Source: Octopus sinensis
Taxonomy: Eukaryota
Reading direction: 5' to 3'
Assembly: GCF_006345805.1 (NCBI RefSeq)
Contig: NC_043025.1
Span: 15,066,001-15,130,000 of the forward strand
DNA length: 64,000 nucleotides
Part shown: one piece after another, positions 60,665-64,000 of the stretch
How the letters are laid out: every line of letters begins with the position of its first letter
How positions within the stretch are numbered: the first letter of the stretch is position 1
Notes under the pieces: generated by a model
The model's input: the letters and a program-made list of their open reading frames with translations, nothing else
Databases searched by the model: none
What the model was told of the DNA's origin: nothing
Translations under genes and position numbers: made by a program

Positions 60665-60833
60665 TGCAGGAGTGGCTGTGTGGTAAGTAGCTTGCCTACC
60701 AACCACATGGTTCCGGGTTCAGTCACGCTGCGTGGCATCTTGGGCAAGTGTCTTCTGCTATAGCCCCGAGCCGACCAATGCCTTGTGAGTGGATTTGGTA
60801 GACGGAAACTGAAAGAAGCCCGTCGTATATATG

Positions 60834-60866
<33 letters not shown>

Positions 60867-61065
60867 CTGTGTTTGTCCCCCTAGCATTGCTTGACAACCG
60901 ATGCTGGCGTGTTTATGTCCCCGTCACTTAGCGGTTCAGCAAAAAGAGACCAATAGAATAAGTACTGGGCTTACAAAGAATAAGTCCCGGGGTCGAGTTG
61001 CTCGACTAAAAGCGGTGCTCCAGCATGGCCACAGTCAAATGGACTGAAACAAGTAAAAGAGTAAA
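60665..61065 (+). mobile_element. SINE family A, full length
   Basis: Head, core, microsatellite and tail as in 10626-11030. Confidence 0.85.
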
Positions 61066-61339
61066 TAACCCCCCCCCACCACCACCACCACCACCAAAAA
61101 ACCCCTTCATTTAGAAAAAAGGTGGGGGAAGAATAACGGATTGTAAAGTACCAGAACAAATGGCTTGTTTTGGCTGTGCCTGGGCAGATACAACCGTAAA
61201 GGCATTGCTGCGGAGAATGGACAGTGACCAGTGGTAGCTAATGTACAGGCACTGTGCAACTGCAGCACCCCCTATTTCCATTCAATGTTATCGATAACAT
61301 TCAATATAACGAGTCCTTTGTTCTTTAATTCTGTCTTTA

Positions 61340-61495
61340 TACGGAGTGGTTGGCGTTAGGAAGGGCATCCAGCTGTAGAAACACTGCCAGATCTGACTGG
61401 CCTGGTGCAGCCTTCGGGCTTCCCAGACCCCAGTTGAACCGTCCAACCCATGCTAGCATGGAAGGCGGACGTTAAACGATGATGATAATGATCAT
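61340..61495 (+). mobile_element. RTE 3' tail copy
   Basis: cggagtggttggcgttaggaagggcatccagc...ggacgttaaacgatgatg. Confidence 0.8.
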
Positions 61496-61858
61496 GATAC
61501 TTGTACGTTATACAATCCTTCAACTTTTAATGTCAGTAGCCATTCCCCAGTTTATGAAAAAATACAAAAATCCTTGTACAGAACTGTGTGCTTCATTGTT
61601 CCAGCGACATGGTGTTTGCTCGTTGTGTGCATGCTCACATGTCTGAGATAGGAAGCTCTATGCTAGGGAAAGAGAGCACTGTGGTTCATGTAGTGCCGAC
61701 CCTGGTGTGTTGGTGGAAGGCAGTGTTTCTTTTTGACTCCGTGTCTGTTGTGCTTAAAAACATTTATATTCTTGAATGTGATAAAGTGTAGAATTAGATT
61801 ATTATCCTGCTTCCAGCTTCAGTGTTGCTACCAGGATTTGAAAAATAGAGAACATCCT

Positions 61859-62305
61859 GGATCTTTTCGGTTTGAACGGCAATTTTTTAAAATAATTTCC
61901 ACGCAACTAAACACTTTTAAACTTCGTATTCTGGTAGAATGTGTTTATAAAACATCTTTTTCTCTTGGCTTATTGAGAAAATTCTATAGTTTGTAAGATA
62001 TTTGTTGTATTTTTTCTTCAATTTCTGCAATTTCAACCAATCAATGACGTCTATTGAGGTAAAAAAAAAAAACATTCTGTGCCGTATGAATATGTCCCTC
62101 GTTTAAGAAACAGATTGGGTTTATTTACATTTCTGAAGAAAAAAGATACCCTTCCCCCCACCCCTAACCCTAACCCTAACCAACCCTAACTCTAACCCTA
62201 ACCCTAAAACATTGAAATGCAATAGATTGATACTAGGGTCATAATTATGGGTGACAATTTCATATGACACGCTAGAAAAAACTGCCGGTCAAACCGAAAA
62301 GATCC
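61859..62305. mobile_element. 447-bp MITE with 23-bp TIRs carrying an internal (CCCTAA)n tract (62162-62207)
   Basis: GGATCTTTTCGGTTTGAACGGCA ... TGCCGGTCAAACCGAAAAGATCC; flanks aacatcct / cacatccc are an imperfect TSD (6 of 8 match). Confidence 0.85.
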
Positions 62306-62774
62306 CACATCCCCACCCCCCGGGTATTTTGTGATTTAGAGAAGACTTTTGAAAAACAAGGAGGAATTCATGGCAGTGTTCAGTGAACAAATTAAACACC
62401 CTACCCGGCAGTGGCTAAAACACAAGCTGATTGAGTTTATGTATAAATTTTCTTTTTATATGTTTGTTTTCTTTTGCACAATATTAAAACAATGGCTGAA
62501 AATTTTCTGAAGCAGCACCACCCCACTAATTTTATCTACGAGCCAACACTGACATGTCACTTGCTACAACAGCCCCCCTCCCCCCTCATGGAATTCATTT
62601 CTCACCCAGGCTACAGTTATACTGATTTTCAAGAGGAAATCTGATGTCCAGGATCCGATAACAACTAAGATCTCGACGAGGATTGGCACAAATGAATTGC
62701 AGCCGGATCAGACGCCTGTTCCGTAATGGTTAAATAATTTCTACCTCTTTCCATCAGATCTGATTGTGAGAGTA

Positions 62775-63137
62775 TCTCTACATATATAAACGGCAAAATG
62801 TCTGTGTGTGTGTCCTTTATAGAAATCCACAATTTTTCTGTTAGAAGGCTCACACTTTCTATGGTCATTCAAAACCGTCCAAGGGTGGTCGTACACATCT
62901 TTACATTTTCCCAGTCACCCACGCAAAGTCATTAAAAAATCAATAGCAGTGACTTTTCGTGAATTTTGTATCCAAAACCCCATCAAAATGCCTGAAACTT
63001 GATACGCCAATTGAATGCCAGCTAGCTGTATGTGACTAGTCAGAGATTTGGACAGTACTCGCGTGTATGTGCGCACAACACAGCTGTATATGCATGCACT
63101 AGCACTGTGACCCGGCGTTGCCGGGTCATAGTGCTAG
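62775..63137 (+). mobile_element. Non-autonomous Helitron-like element (363 bp)
   Basis: A|TC start at 62775, CTAG|T end at 63137, terminal hairpin GACCCGG-CGTTG-CCGGGTC, no TSD. Confidence 0.8.
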
Positions 63138-63691
63138 TAGATATATAATTTATTTTCTAGTGATAAAAGTTTCACTATAGGACACATCGAAGTGTTCAGT
63201 ATATTTGAGCCATAGGAAAACGGGAAAAATTATGATGAGAGACAAAAGAGAGGTTACTAAGATATATTCTGTCGTAAAATTATTTTGTGCACAAAATCAT
63301 AAACTAAAAATGTATAGATATATAAATATATGAATACACTTAAAACTATATTAAAAATACATTAAAAATATATAGATATTAACACAAAAATATGCTAAGA
63401 ATATATAAAGAACATACAATATATAATCCTACTTACAATAAAGACAGTATTAAAATTATATACACAGAATGGGTGGAGTGTAGAAAATATTGAAATTCAT
63501 ATAGAGGTTTATAATCTGTTAAAACCCGACGGCCGTTTCTGGAGGCATAGTGGTGCAAAGATGTAACAGAATTTAAGTTTTATTAATTTAATGTCACCGC
63601 CTCCTTCATCGGGAAGTTTCCAACTGGTCAGGCTACATTTGTTATGCGCTGTGGTGGAATTCGATGCCGACAACCTCTATAAAGAGGTATA

Positions 63692-63908
63692 CTCTTTTAC
63701 TTGTTTCAGTCATTTGACTGCGGCCATGCTGGAGCACCGCCTTTAGTCGAGCAAGTCGACCCTGAAACTTATTCTTTGTAAGCCCAGTACTTATTCTATC
63801 GGTCTCTTTTGCCGAACACCGCTAAGTGACGGGGACGTAAAGACACCAGCATCGGTTGTCAAGCAATGATAGGGGGACAAACACACACAAACACACACAT
63901 ACACATAC

Positions 63909-63960
<52 letters not shown>

Positions 63961-64000
63961 TACAACAGGCTTCTTTCAGTTTCCGTCTACCAAATCCACT
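63692..64000 (-). mobile_element. SINE family A, running off the window end
   Basis: ctcttttacttgtttcagtcatttgactgcggccatgctggagcaccgcc...ggcttctttcagtttccgtctaccaaatccact. Confidence 0.85.

Noticed and set aside
62162-62207. True telomere or chromosome-fusion scar
   Set aside because: Only about seven imperfect units, and they lie inside a TIR element.
62590-62730. Possible host exon (ATVILIFKRKSDVQDP...)
   Set aside because: Short, not similar to anything I recognise, and with weak splice signals.
63595-63690. Possible host exon (SFQLVRLHLLCAVVEFDADNLYKE)
   Set aside because: No clear acceptor, a weak donor and no recognisable homology; RNA-seq would be needed.

Overview
Repeat-saturated eukaryotic (animal) genomic DNA with no host protein-coding exon that I can recognise. 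The SINE families, extreme microsatellite load and (TTAGGG)n motif suggest an octopus or other coleoid cephalopod; this is inference from remembered repeat families, not a database search. Nearly all ORF-track entries are microsatellite artefacts. The protein-coding sequence I can identify is all transposon-derived: (1) a near-full-length but frameshifted Penelope-like element of the Naiad type (4136-6256, minus); (2) two other Penelope-like fragments; (3) a young 5'-truncated RTE LINE with an uninterrupted ~895-codon ORF, a PHD-like finger inside the RT and a ~60-bp tandem array in its 3' UTR (52379-56204); (4) a GC-rich BovB-like RTE (48895-50620); (5) an RTE 3' end triplicated inside one target-site duplication (21076-21801); (6) R4/Dong-like restriction-endonuclease LINEs sitting in very long (AAT)n tracts; (7) a CR1 3' end; (8) a Helitron helicase relic. 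Non-autonomous elements include several tRNA-derived SINE families, two short Helitrons and TIR MITEs. The most notable structures are ten hammerhead-ribozyme-like motifs, nine on the minus strand and one with a fully canonical core (30070-30140); a ~18-copy 252-bp satellite whose monomer is a piggyBac-type MITE plus a TTAA-bounded spacer; several ~210-bp fold-back palindromes; and a local inverted segment captured inside a MITE. Coordinates were counted by eye and element boundaries are approximate unless a TSD or TIR is cited.
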